Shown here: positions 49,419 to 59,599 of the stretch, in pieces
How positions within the stretch are numbered: the stretch's first letter is position 1
Layout of the letters: every line of letters begins with the position of its first letter
Origin: Podarcis liolepis
Taxonomy: Eukaryota
Assembly: GCA_965112155.1 (NCBI GenBank)
Contig: OZ218103.1
DNA length: 64,000 nucleotides
Strand: one strand, 5' to 3'
Made by a program: the position numbers and the translations under genes
Notes under the pieces: model-generated
What the model was told of the DNA's origin: nothing
Databases searched by the model: none
The model's input: only the letters and a program-made list of their open reading frames with translations

Positions 49419-50240
49419 TGTGTTCTCACCTAATCTTTAAAGCACGAAGGATGTCAGTTTGCAGAAGGGCCGCCGGGAGGCGCCTGGAACCCACGACTGC
49501 CCTGTCCTTTTCAGGCCAGCTTTGTATTGTTCTTATTAAAGGTAAAGCTTCATCTCTCTTTTTTGCCAGCAAAGCATTTCTCCTTCCCGGGGCTGGACTG
49601 CCCAACTGGCAGGCTGGGCACATGACTGGGGCATCAGCAAAGCAGGAGACCAAAAAACGGAGAGATTTTTAATAAGGTAAACTAAAACAGGAGGTCTATG
49701 CCATGCTGTTAAAGGCACAGGAAGAAGATAAAGGAAGAAGAGGAGACTTAGACATACGACTTGGCAGGACTGTTCCAAGTGTGGAGACAGGAGAGGTTGC
49801 GGCTCCAAGATGCCATCACAAGACGGAGTCAGAAGGGGAAAGGACAACACGGAAAAGCTCATTTTGTGAAGCTCAGGGAACACCAGCCTTTCCCGGCCTG
49901 GTCTCCTCCAGGTCTTCTGAGCTACAACTGCCATTTTTTCTGCCCACTCAACTAGTCAGGGCAGGCTAAGGGGGGCTGATGGGTGAGGTAGTCCCCAAAA
50001 ATCCGGAGGGCACAGGTTTGGGGAGGTTGGGCTGGAATTAGACCTTCAGGCTGATCAGTATACAGTGGTACCTCGGGTTAAGTACTTAATTCATTCTGAA
50101 GCAAAGTTCTTAACCTGAAACTGTTCTTAACCTGAAGCACCACTTTGGCTAATGGGGCCTCCTGCTGCTGCCGCGCCGCCGGAGCTAAATTTCTGTTCTC
50201 ATCCTGAAGCAAAGTTCTTAACCTGAAGCACTATTTCTGG

Positions 50241-50463
50241 TTCCAGTAGTAGATAGGTAGCCGTGTTGGTCTGCCATAGTCAAAATAAAAAAATTCCTTC
50301 CAGTAGCACCTTAAAGACCAACTAAGTTAGTTCTTGGTATGAGCTTTCGTGTGCATGCACACTTCTTCAGGTATCTGAAGAAGTGTGCATGCACACGAAA
50401 GCTCATACCAAGAACTAACTTAGTTGGTCTTTAAGGTGCTACTGGAAGGAATTTTTTTATTTT
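50241..50463. mobile_element. Penelope-like palindromic insertion
   Basis: Perfect 89-bp arms (50282-50370 / 50375-50463), one-sided tail agataggtagccgtgttggtctgccatagtc, exact 12-bp TSD cactatttctgg (50229-50240, 50464-50475). Confidence 0.88.
50371..50408 (+). ncRNA. Minimal type-I hammerhead ribozyme motif, intact core
   Basis: GUAU-CUGAAGA-A-GUGUG(CAUG)CACAC-GAAA-GC-UC^AUAC, with predicted cleavage after 50404. Confidence 0.75.
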
Positions 50464-50706
50464 CACTATTTCTGGGTTAGCGGAGTCTGTAACCTGAAGC
50501 GTATGTAACTTGAAGCATATGTAACCTGAGGTACCACTGTATTTGAAAAGTGACTGTGAAGGGGAGCAATGCCCCTTATTATTAAGCAAGATAGCTAAAG
50601 TAAGGGGGTCACGTCCTCCATTGTGACACGTCCCCCTGCTGAGTGACTTGGCTGAGCACTTTGGGAAGAGCAACCATTTGAGGATAGCCAGTGAGGGAGA
50701 TCAGAG

Positions 50707-50747
50707 ATGTTGTGGGAGAGATTGCAGAGACTCTCTTTGTCTCAAGT
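50707..50747 (+). CDS. Unrecognised small gene, predicted coding exon 1
   Basis: gagATG with in-frame upstream TGA (50692-50694). MLWERLQRLSLSQ(V), donor |gtaagt. Confidence 0.55.
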
Positions 50748-50864
50748 GTAAGTAGGATTTCTCCTCCTTTCTGAAACGTAGGGGAGGTTTAGCTGCCAGG
50801 TGCCCCAAATCCAGCACAGAGATCTCTAGAACCCATTTCCTCATTGTTTCCTCTTCTTCCCTAG

Positions 50865-51076
50865 GTTCCGAAGTCTGAGGCGGCTCCGCAGGCTGCTGGT
50901 CTCCTGCTGCCGGTTGCCCAAGATACATCCCCTGGTCTGTCAGGAGGAGGAAGGAGATGAGTGGAAGGAGGAGGTCAACATCATGAAGGACGGGAAGGAG
51001 GAGAAGGTGAAGATAAGATCGATTTTTGTGAGACCATGCGACCAGGGGATGGAGTCCACTGATAACAACGTGGATG
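50865..51076 (+). CDS. Unrecognised small gene, predicted coding exon 2
   Basis: tttcctcttcttccctag| ... |gtgagt, 212 bp, open. FRSLRRLRRLLVSCCRLPKIHPLVCQEEEGDEWKEEVNIMKDGKEEKVKIRSIFVRPCDQGMESTDNNVD. Confidence 0.65.
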
Positions 51077-51221
51077 GTGAGTGTTGATTTTTCTTCCTCA
51101 GGAACAGGGAGACCAGAGAAAATCTGGCAGTGGGGCGAGGGTGGAGGGAGCAGAAAGATGGGTTATCAGCATAAGAATCAATTAAAATATTAAGAATCAT
51201 TTCTCTTCTTTTCTCTTCCAG

Positions 51222-51316
51222 GCAACGGCAGCAGTGAGACCAGCAGCTCAAGCGGAGCTCTTACCCCCCTCCCACACCCAGTTCCCCCCTCCCCACAATT
51301 CCAAATTTATAAATAA
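51222..51316 (+). CDS. Unrecognised small gene, predicted coding exon 3
   Basis: ttctcttcttttctcttccag|. (G)NGSSETSSSSGALTPLPHPVPPSPQFQIYK*, with the TAA lying inside AATAAA 51312-51317. Confidence 0.55.
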
Positions 51317-51371
51317 AGAAATATAGAAATCATTTTTGTATGGATTCTGTTAAGTTGTGGGTGAACATATC

Positions 51372-53690
51372 CAGGGGCGCCGACTTATAAAAAATATTGG
51401 GGGGGCCCATACCGCTGGTTCGCTCGGGTAGCCGGGAGAACGCAGTTCAAGGTGGCGGTGTTGGGGAGAGACCCTCGCTCAGGGCGCCACTAGACTTGGC
51501 GGCCGGCGGCCTATCTGGGGGGTTCTGGAGCGTATTTCGGCGGAGCGATTGGGGAGGAGGGGGCTTGTTGCCGGATTCTTCAGCTGAGCCGGAGATCCGC
51601 TGCTGGGGGTCCCTGGGCCGAGTTGTGAGCACGGCCTGCTGAAGGGAGATCCAGCCGATTGCGCGACGGGGACGGCCGGGGCTCTCCGGCTAGGGCGCGC
51701 GGCTGGCTGGCTGGCGAGGGAGCAGGTGGGGAGGAGGCGGGGGTCCTCACTCTCTTAGGAAACGCACCCGCGCGCCCGATTGCCACGAAGTCCGAAGGGT
51801 GCGTGTGTGGAATTAAAAAGCAAAAACGAGATATGGGCAGGGCAGGCAAAGAGTTTTCTGCAAGAGGATGGAGGGCAGGTAGAAGAGAAAATCACTCAGG
51901 ATGAGACAGTCAAATCAGCCATGATAAAATGGGCTCAGGATATTGGGTATAACATCATGTTTGAGGACTGGGAAAGGTTATGGACCACCGGAATGAAATT
52001 CACGGCATGTAATGCCTTGAAGGAAAATATTATGAAAATGATTTATAGGTGGTACATGACCCCAGTCAAGCTTGCAAAAATATATCACCTGTCTGATAAT
52101 AAATGTTGGAAATGTAAGGAGGCTGAAGGGACATTCTTTCACCTCTGGTGGACTTGTCCAAAAGTGAAGGCCTTCTGGGAAATGATCTATAATGAGTTAA
52201 AAAAGGTATTTAAGTATACCTTTCCCAAGAAACCAGAGGCCTTCCTCTTGGGCATTGTTGGCCAGAAAGTGTTAAAGAAGGATAGAACTTTCTTTATGTA
52301 TGCAACTACAGCAGCAAGAATACTTATCGCAAAATATTGGAAGACACAAGATTTGCCCACACTGGAAGAGTGGCAGACGCAATTGATGGACTACATGGAA
52401 CTTGCTGAAATGACGGGCAGAATCCGAGATTTGGGAGAAGAAACAACGGAAGAGGACTGGAAAAAATTTAAGGACTATTTACAAAAACAATATAAGTTAT
52501 ATGAATGTTAAAAATTTACACGATTCGGAAACTATAGCTTCAGCAATTAGATTTGGGAAACAGGAAATTATATTTTAAGTAAGAAAAGGTCAAAATCTAA
52601 GGTAATACTATGTTTAATTTAAGATATAAGTAACTGATGAAAAGTATGTTAAATTTAGAGGTATAGTATTTGAAAAGTACAAAATAAGGTACGAAACAAG
52701 GTAATAATTTGCTGATATCTTTATTATAAAGAATGCAGGGTAAGGGAGATGCGAGGAAGTCCAGTTAGTTATATAAAAAATGTGTTGAATGGTTGGTTTT
52801 CTTTTCTTCTTTTTCTTCTTTTCTTTTTCTTGTTCTTTTACTTTTTTCTTCAGTGTATGTTTCTAACTTTGTATTTGAAAACTTAATAAAATATTTATAA
52901 AAAAAAAGAAGAGAAAATCCTTTCGCTTTTCTGGGGCGCAGGGAAGTCTCAGAGCCGGAGGTTGGGGAAGGGACCCCCTTTGCTCTGCCCTCTTCTCCCG
53001 TCTTAGATTTGCATGGGGGTCCCCGCCCGAGCTTGCCTGGCCACCGGGCCACACAAGGGCCACGCTCTACGCGGCGCACCTTGCTAGCTGCGCAGCTGTC
53101 CTCCGTGGCTGCGGAGCGGCCCTGCGCCGGTGCCCAGCCCCTCTGGGCACCCGCTGCGCTGCCAATGACAAGCGGGCGACGTCGCGGGCGGGGAAGGCGT
53201 CGCTTTCTTTCCCGATCCTTCATCCTCCCAGTCTTCCAGCCCTTTTTGGGGTTGGAAGCTCGTCTCGTTCGCCCTTCTCCTTTCTTCACCCTGCGCGCAA
53301 TTTTCCTCCCTCGTCTCCCTCTCCATTTCTCCTTCCTTCCTTCCTTCCTTCCTGACTGACTGACTGACTGACGGGCTTGGGCTTGGGCTTGGGCTCGGGC
53401 AGCCACAGCGTCGGCGGTGTTGGCGATCGGCGGCGCGGGGGGATGGCCCTCCCGGGGGAGCCGGCGCTGCTCAATGGGGTTGCCAAGGAGACAGGCCGGC
53501 CGCCCCCCTCCCCCGGCCCAGCGCCCCCCGCCGCGCCGGTGCCCGTTATCGAGCTGGTGCGCGCCGGGCGCCCTATAAAAGCCGCGGACGCGCCCACCGC
53601 CGCCCGAGATTATTGGGGGGGCTGAGCCCCCCCAAACAAATTTTTGAGGGGGCTCGAGCCCCCTCAGGCCCCATGGAGTCGGCGCCTATG
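51372..53690 (-). mobile_element. Family A hAT element, long form with a different CpG-rich interior
   Basis: TIRs caggggcgccgact / agtcggcgcctatg, exact 8-bp TSD aacatatc. Sub-terminal sequence is shared with 3561-3891 and 62034-62378. Confidence 0.9.
51894..52906 (+). mobile_element. 5'-truncated young L1-like LINE (ORF2 C-terminus with zinc knuckle)
   Basis: Open frame to 52511 including CWKCKEAEGTFFHLWWTC (CCHC), then AATAAA and an A-tail. 13-bp TSD agaagagaaaatc (51881-51893, 52907-52919). Confidence 0.92.
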
Positions 53691-54204
53691 AACATATCAG
53701 ATGACACAGCGATTCTTCAAACAGCGCTTGTTTATTCAGAGGCCAGAACAGAACAGAACTGAACTGAAGGGTTCAGCCAGCCTGCTTATATAGAGCTCCA
53801 CTACAACGCAACAGTAACCATTTTCTGTAACTATCCAATCACTGAACGTCACTTTTGATCCCTTATTTGCATATGTGGACCTGAGTGAAAACTATCTACA
53901 GTATCCCCCTGCTGGCCCAGGGTGAGAACTTCAGTACATAACAGATTCAAATAAAGTTTGTAATATAAATATGCTAGTCTTTGATCATGCTTTTATCCCT
54001 GGGGGTTCTTTTTCCCAACAGTTGTGAGGATGGGCAAGAAAGTTACTTGCCCAAAAATGGAAAGAAGAAGAATACGTCCCAGAGAAAGAAGAATGGATAC
54101 AAAAACTTATGAAATATGCCAAAATGGCGAAACTTACCATAAAAAAGAAAGCAAGATAACCAACTGTTTATAAAAGAATGGAAATGGTTTATTGGATATG
54201 AATG

Positions 54205-55191
54205 GCCATGAATGTCCGCTCATCCTCCTGGGGAAAAGTGACTAGAGGGGTGCTGCCAGGTTCTGTCCTGGGCCCCTTGTTGTTCAATGGCTTTATCAAT
54301 GACTTGGATGATGGAATTGAGGGGATGCTCATCCAATTGGCAGATGACACCAAACTGGGAGGGGTAGCTAATGCTGCAGAAGACAGAATCTGAATTCAAA
54401 ATGACATGAACAGATTGGAGCACTGGGCGCAAGCGAACAAAATGAATTTCAATAGGGAGTCATGTCAGATTCTGCAAGAACCAGATTCACTAAGATGGGA
54501 TGGGGGACACCAGGCTTTCTAGCAGTACAGGTGGAAAAGATCTTGGTGGACCAAAAGCTTAACAGGAGTCAACAGCGTGATGCAGCAGCAAAAGAAAGCT
54601 AACACTATTCTAGGCTGCCTCAGCAGAAGTCTAGTGTCCAGATCAAGGGAGGTAATAGTACCACTCGATTCTGCCTTGGTCAGACCACACTTGGAATACT
54701 GTGTCCAGTTCTGGGCACCACAGTTTAAGAAGGATGCTGACAAGCTGGACCATGTGGAGAGGAGGGTGACCAAGATGATTGAGGGTCTGGAAACGAAGCC
54801 TTACGATGAATGCTTGAAGGAGCTGGGTATGTTCAGCCTGGAAAAGAGGAGACTGAGAGGAGATCTTCAGCTATTTTAAGGCCTGTCACATGGAAGAGGG
54901 AGGATGCTTGTTTTATCCTGCTCTGGACGGGAGGACTCGAACAGATGGCTTCAAGTTCAAAGAAAGGAGATTCCGACTAAACATTAATGAAAACCTTTCT
55001 GACACTAAGAGTGGTTTGGCAGTCGAACAGACTCCCTTGGAAGGTGGTGGACTCTCCTTCCTTGGAGGCTTCTAACCAGAGGCTGGATGGCCATCTGTCA
55101 TGGATGCTGTCGCTGAAATTCCTGCGTTGCAGGGGGTTGGACTAGATGACCCTTGGCTCCCTTCCAACTCTAAGATTCCATGATTCTATGA
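54205..55191 (+). mobile_element. CR1 LINE 3' fragment
   Basis: GVLPGSVLGPLLFNGFINDLD, LADDTKLGG and [20 protein letters not shown] motifs, ending in a ttccatgattctatga tail. A short L1 piece precedes it (about 54040-54200). Confidence 0.93.
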
Positions 55192-55264
55192 AATGGATCG
55201 GAACTCATGACAGCCACTCACCAGTTTCATATTCAAAACTGCTTCCCACCCCAACCTCTTCTTG

Positions 55265-55484
55265 ATTACCGTTCCAGAGCCCCGTTCGCATCCTGAGCAG
55301 AACGCAACCCACGTCTGCAGGTGACGATTTGCCGCTTCTGAAGATGCGCATGATGTCATTTTGAGCATCTGCGCATGTGTGAGCGGCGAAACCCAGATGT
55401 AACCCGTTCCGTTACTTCTGGGTCGCCGTGGAACGGAACCTGAAAACGCTCAACCTGAAGCATATTTAACCCGAGGTATGACTG
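55265..55484. mobile_element. Partial Tigger-like MITE related to 58072-58301
   Basis: Ends aacccgaggtatgactg-TA, the reverse complement of the start of the 58072 copy. The left end is not resolved. Confidence 0.7.
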
Positions 55485-55880
55485 TATATATAAATAATAC
55501 ACTAAAGTAGACAAATAATAACTTACAAAAAGAATCAATAAATGTCTCACCCATTGTCTATAAACCTTGATCAGAATCCCATGTCAGGTTTTCTTTTGTG
55601 AATGAAATAAAATGGTTTCAACCAGTTTTTAATACAGTAGCCAAGAATCAAATGTAGAGCTTGGGGTACATTTTAACGTAATACTGGACAGATTACTACA
55701 GGGTCTGGAGAGGGGTTATTTTGAACTATGTAGTGAGAAACAGCAGCCGTAGTCGAGGCCAGAAGTGCTTTCCCTTGGTGACCCCGCCGTGCTGAAAAGG
55801 GGGGGGGGGTTGCAAGGGGATCTTTTCGAGATCTTTTCTAAATAAATGGAATAAAACCGCTTAACCCACTGAACAATATG

Positions 55881-56114
55881 CAGTGGTACCTCGGGTTAAG
55901 TACTTAATTCATTCTGGAGGTCCATTCTTAACCTGAAACTGTTCTTACCCTGAAGCACCACTTTAGCTAATGGGGCCTCTCACTGCTGCTGGAGCACGAT
56001 TTCTGTTCTCATCGTGAAGCAAAGTTCTTAACCTGAAGCACTATTTCTGGGTTAGCAGAGTCTGTAAACTGAAGCGTATGTAACCTGAAGCGTATGTAAC
56101 CCAAGGTACCACTG
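55881..56114. mobile_element. Family B Tc/mariner MITE
   Basis: cagtggtacctcgggtta ... taacccaaggtaccactg-TA. Confidence 0.88.
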
Positions 56115-57098
56115 TACTTATACAGAGACTCAGAAGTTGAATGCTTTATATTGTGGTGGCAGCACCAGCTCCTTGAATGGATGCTTGCAGACACTCACTG
56201 ACTTCCTAATAAAGACAGCAATTCTTATTTAACTTAGCACATTAAAACCCCAAGCTTTCTCCAAATCTCGTTCAGGCTGCCAACACACCTTACATTTAAA
56301 GCGCATGACTTCTCCCAAATAACCCTCCACAAAGCTGCCATTGCCAGCACCCAGAGGAAACTACTGTTGCCAGGATTCTTCAGGTGAAGTCATGCCCTTT
56401 GAGAGGAAGAACTTGTTTTAGTTCTTGTTAAGATTTTGCTAAAAGGTACTTTGCTAATCTGGTACTGTGCTGAGATAAAACCCAGTGAAATTATAGTATG
56501 AAAAATCAGATTTAATTGGTGAAAACTCCAGTTTAAGGGAGGGAGAATTAAATTGTTTTAAAGACAAAAGAGATCTAACTGTAAATAGGAATCGTATCTA
56601 GTGTCTGTAATTTCCCTATGTTAATTCCTATGGGACTGCACAAACTCCTGATATCTGGTTCATTTATTTCTTCATACAAACATAGCCTGCTGAAGCTACT
56701 AATAATCAGTGGTTTAACATCCCCTTATCCTCAACTGCTGCGTGAACATAAGGTAGTTATTATGCTGTCAAAGGATAGTTTTCACCACATTAGGAACAGT
56801 GGGCCCCACCAGACTGGTGTTTTATTGAGGGTGTGTTCTGCAGCATGCAATTAACACGATAATAGTGCATAAGTGGTAGATTTATTCTGATTTATTAGTT
56901 GTTCTGCATTGCTTTCCCAATGTTACCACATTATTGCTTTCTTGAGGGGCTGTACTGCAAGAAAAGCAGGGCAACCCCACCCATCTTAAACCTTTGTGGT
57001 ATGAAAGGTTATGGGATATGCACTGATTGGAAATGAAGTACTGTGACTTTCCCAATTTTTTGCAGGCACCAACATTGTTGAAAATGGGATCGCGTAAA

Positions 57099-57223
57099 CA
57101 GTGCTATTTTTCTAGAAAAAGAGTTTCTGAAACTTACCATGAACACCTCCCTTGTTCTCTTAAAATGGCAATGGCGCCAACCTGAGAGGTGCCGGAACTG
57201 AGTTCTGGTGAGTTACAGCCCTG
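57099..57223. mobile_element. Small hAT MITE, same family as 14454-14589
   Basis: cagtgctatttttctagaaaaagag ... gagaggtgccggaactgagtt ... gccctg. Confidence 0.75.
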
Positions 57224-57974
57224 CTAAAAAGACTGCCCCAGTGGTGCTGTGAGTGCAAATCCTCATGGGCACAGACTGTCCAGAGGGGCCCAGTTCCATT
57301 CTCCTGCCCCCATGCTCTTCCACAAAACCCTAAAACTAAAGCAAAACTAAAACACCAACTTTTTAACGAAGGAATATGAGATGGCATAGGTTGGGTGGGA
57401 TGGAGAATTTTGCATACTTCTCTGATTCTGGAGGCATAATTGCTGGTTGACCTGATTCTGTGCAAGAGCCCAGGTTCCATGTGGAACTGCTGGAGAAAGG
57501 CTCCTAGTCTTGGATAATACCAGTCAATCAGAGAATTGCTGAAATTCATACAAGCAAAACAAGGACATGGATTGCAGGGGGTGAGAACAATACCTTGTGA
57601 TGCTGGCAAACATCTGCTAAGTTGGAAGCAGCAACCTGGAGATCACACAGGACTCTCAATTTTTTCATGGGCACAAGAGTCTAAGAGGTGCTAAGCCCGT
57701 AACCTTAAAACACCTCGTTCCTTGGCTGTGCACCAGCAAGTAAGCAGAGGCCCTCAGCCAGAGTCTCCTACAGAGTTCTGAGCCACAATAACAAGCTGTT
57801 GCTGAAAAGAGGTCTGATGTGTTGGTGAAGTTGAAGTCCTAGTTCAGTTCTCTGTCTGCTAAAGCCACAGGTGACCACTTGGCTCATGAATCTAGTTTGC
57901 TGCTAAGCTTTTATCTGATTAAGGTGACCACCTATGATAGATGTTCCAGCACAGTAAGGCTCTTTGTATTGTAA

Positions 57975-59040
57975 TTATTGAATTTTCCATTATATATTAT
58001 TTTTTCACCTTGTTATTTGTTCAAAAGAGCTATTGACTTCCCTCCCTCCCACCTCATGGTTACCTTACTTACAGTCATACCTCGGGTTACAGACAGTTCA
58101 GGTTGCACGTTTTTGGGTTACGGACGCGCCAAAACCTGGAAGTACCGGAATGGGTTACTTCCGGGTTTCGGCGCTCGCGCATGAGCAGAAACACTGAATC
58201 ACAACCCGCGCGTGCGCAGACGCAGTGCTGCGGGTTCTGGACGCTGCGGGATGCGAACGTGCCTCCTTCACGGATCACATTTGCAACCTGAGCATCCACT
58301 GTATTTCTATTTCACAGCGTTTCTATTTTTTCCTGTTTATATCCAACTATCAAATTTTAAATATATATGTAAAAAGTACCTAACCTCAACATTACAACAT
58401 TACAAGTTTCTTAAGTTTCTTAAATTATCCTTCAAATATTGTATAAATTTACTGCAGTCTTTTTGAAACGCCTGATCCCGCTGGTTTCGGATTTTCCTGG
58501 TCAACTTTGCCAACTGTGCATACAGTGGTACCTCAGGTTAAGTACTTAATTCGTTCCGGAGGTACGTTCTTAACCTGAAACTGTTCTTAACCTGAAGCAC
58601 CACTTTAGCAAATGGGGCCTCCTACTGCTGCTGCACCGCCGGAACACGATTTCTGTTCTCATCCTGAAGCAAAGTTCTTAACCCGAGGTAATATTTATGG
58701 GTTAGTGGAGTCTGTAACCTGAAGCGTATGTAACCTGAAGCGTCTGTAACCCGAGGTACCACTGTATTCAATCATCTTCACTTGCCACTCTGGAATCGTT
58801 GGTGTCTCCTGTGGCTTCCATTTTTGAGCTAATAAAGTCCTTGCTGCCACTGTTGCACACCTGAATAGTCTTTGGTCTTTCTTTAGAATTTCCTCACCTA
58901 TTATCCCCAATAAAAACGCTTCTGGTTTTTTAACAAATGTACTTTTGTACATTTTCTTTAACTCATTATATATCATGTCCCAGTAAACTTTTACCTAACT
59001 GCTTGTCCACCACATGTGATAAAAATTCCCCTCCTTGTTA
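57975..59040 (-). mobile_element. Truncated L1-like LINE interrupted by two MITEs (58072-58301 and 58523-58764)
   Basis: Minus strand FYHMWWT...MIYNELKKMYKSTFVKKPEAFLLGII...EWQVKMIEY is homologous to the 51894 copy. Both MITEs are TA-flanked. Boundaries are approximate. Confidence 0.85.
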
Positions 59041-59530
59041 GAGTGATAAAAATTCCCCTCCATGTTAGAGTGTTCTAGCTTAGTGGTGTCTTATAGTTTT
59101 TCCTTTTAAACTATTTTCAGTGAAACTAATTTTTAGAAATACAAGCCACTCCATGCGCTGTCCCTTAATAGCAAGGGAAGCCAAGTAGTGATGCTAGAAA
59201 CCAACCTGGATGTAGAAAGTTCAGTGGAATAAGGTTTGGATCCTAACCAGTGAGCTCACAAAAGTTCAGTAACATGACCTGTGGCCACGATTATATTTAG
59301 ATCTTAAGCAACATCTTAGGCCACTTCTTATTACCGTAATATCTTGCTCTGCTTCCTCATGCAGTCAGGCTGATGGTCTGGTCCTCTGCTAATGTCATCA
59401 GTGGCACATCACATCAGCACATGTTCATCCCCCTGATCTGCTGGAGAAGACCTTTTGCCACATTGCGTGTGTACTAAGAGTGCTGGAGTAGCAGTTTTCA
59501 AACTTTTCTTCCATTGACTAATATTACTTT

Positions 59531-59599
59531 GCAGACCACTTAATACGCTTCATTTTTCAAAGAGCAGACCACTTAATACGCTTCATTTTTCAAAGAGCA
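59531..59599. repeat. Perfect 33-bp tandem duplication
   Basis: gcagaccacttaatacgcttcatttttcaaaga x2, plus gca. Confidence 0.95.

Larger units (their letters stand above)
50063..50539. mobile_element. Family B MITE interrupted by a Penelope-like insertion
   Basis: TA-cagtggtacctcgggtta ... taacctgaggtaccactg-TA. Confidence 0.9.
51348..53943 (-). mobile_element. Solo LTR (about 270 bp native length) split by a hAT insertion
   Basis: TGTTA...TAACA termini, 5-bp TSD gattc (51343-51347, 53944-53948). Minus-strand TATATAA near 53786-53792 and AATAAA near 53731-53736. Confidence 0.85.

Noticed and set aside
51780-52511. 243-aa ORF as a host gene
   Set aside because: It is a 5'-truncated L1 ORF2 C-terminus, extended by chance into hAT sequence from a non-ATG start.
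52765-53406. 213-aa Arg/Lys-rich minus-strand ORF
   Set aside because: It reads through microsatellites, GC-rich TE cargo and the L1 T-rich UTR, and is low complexity.
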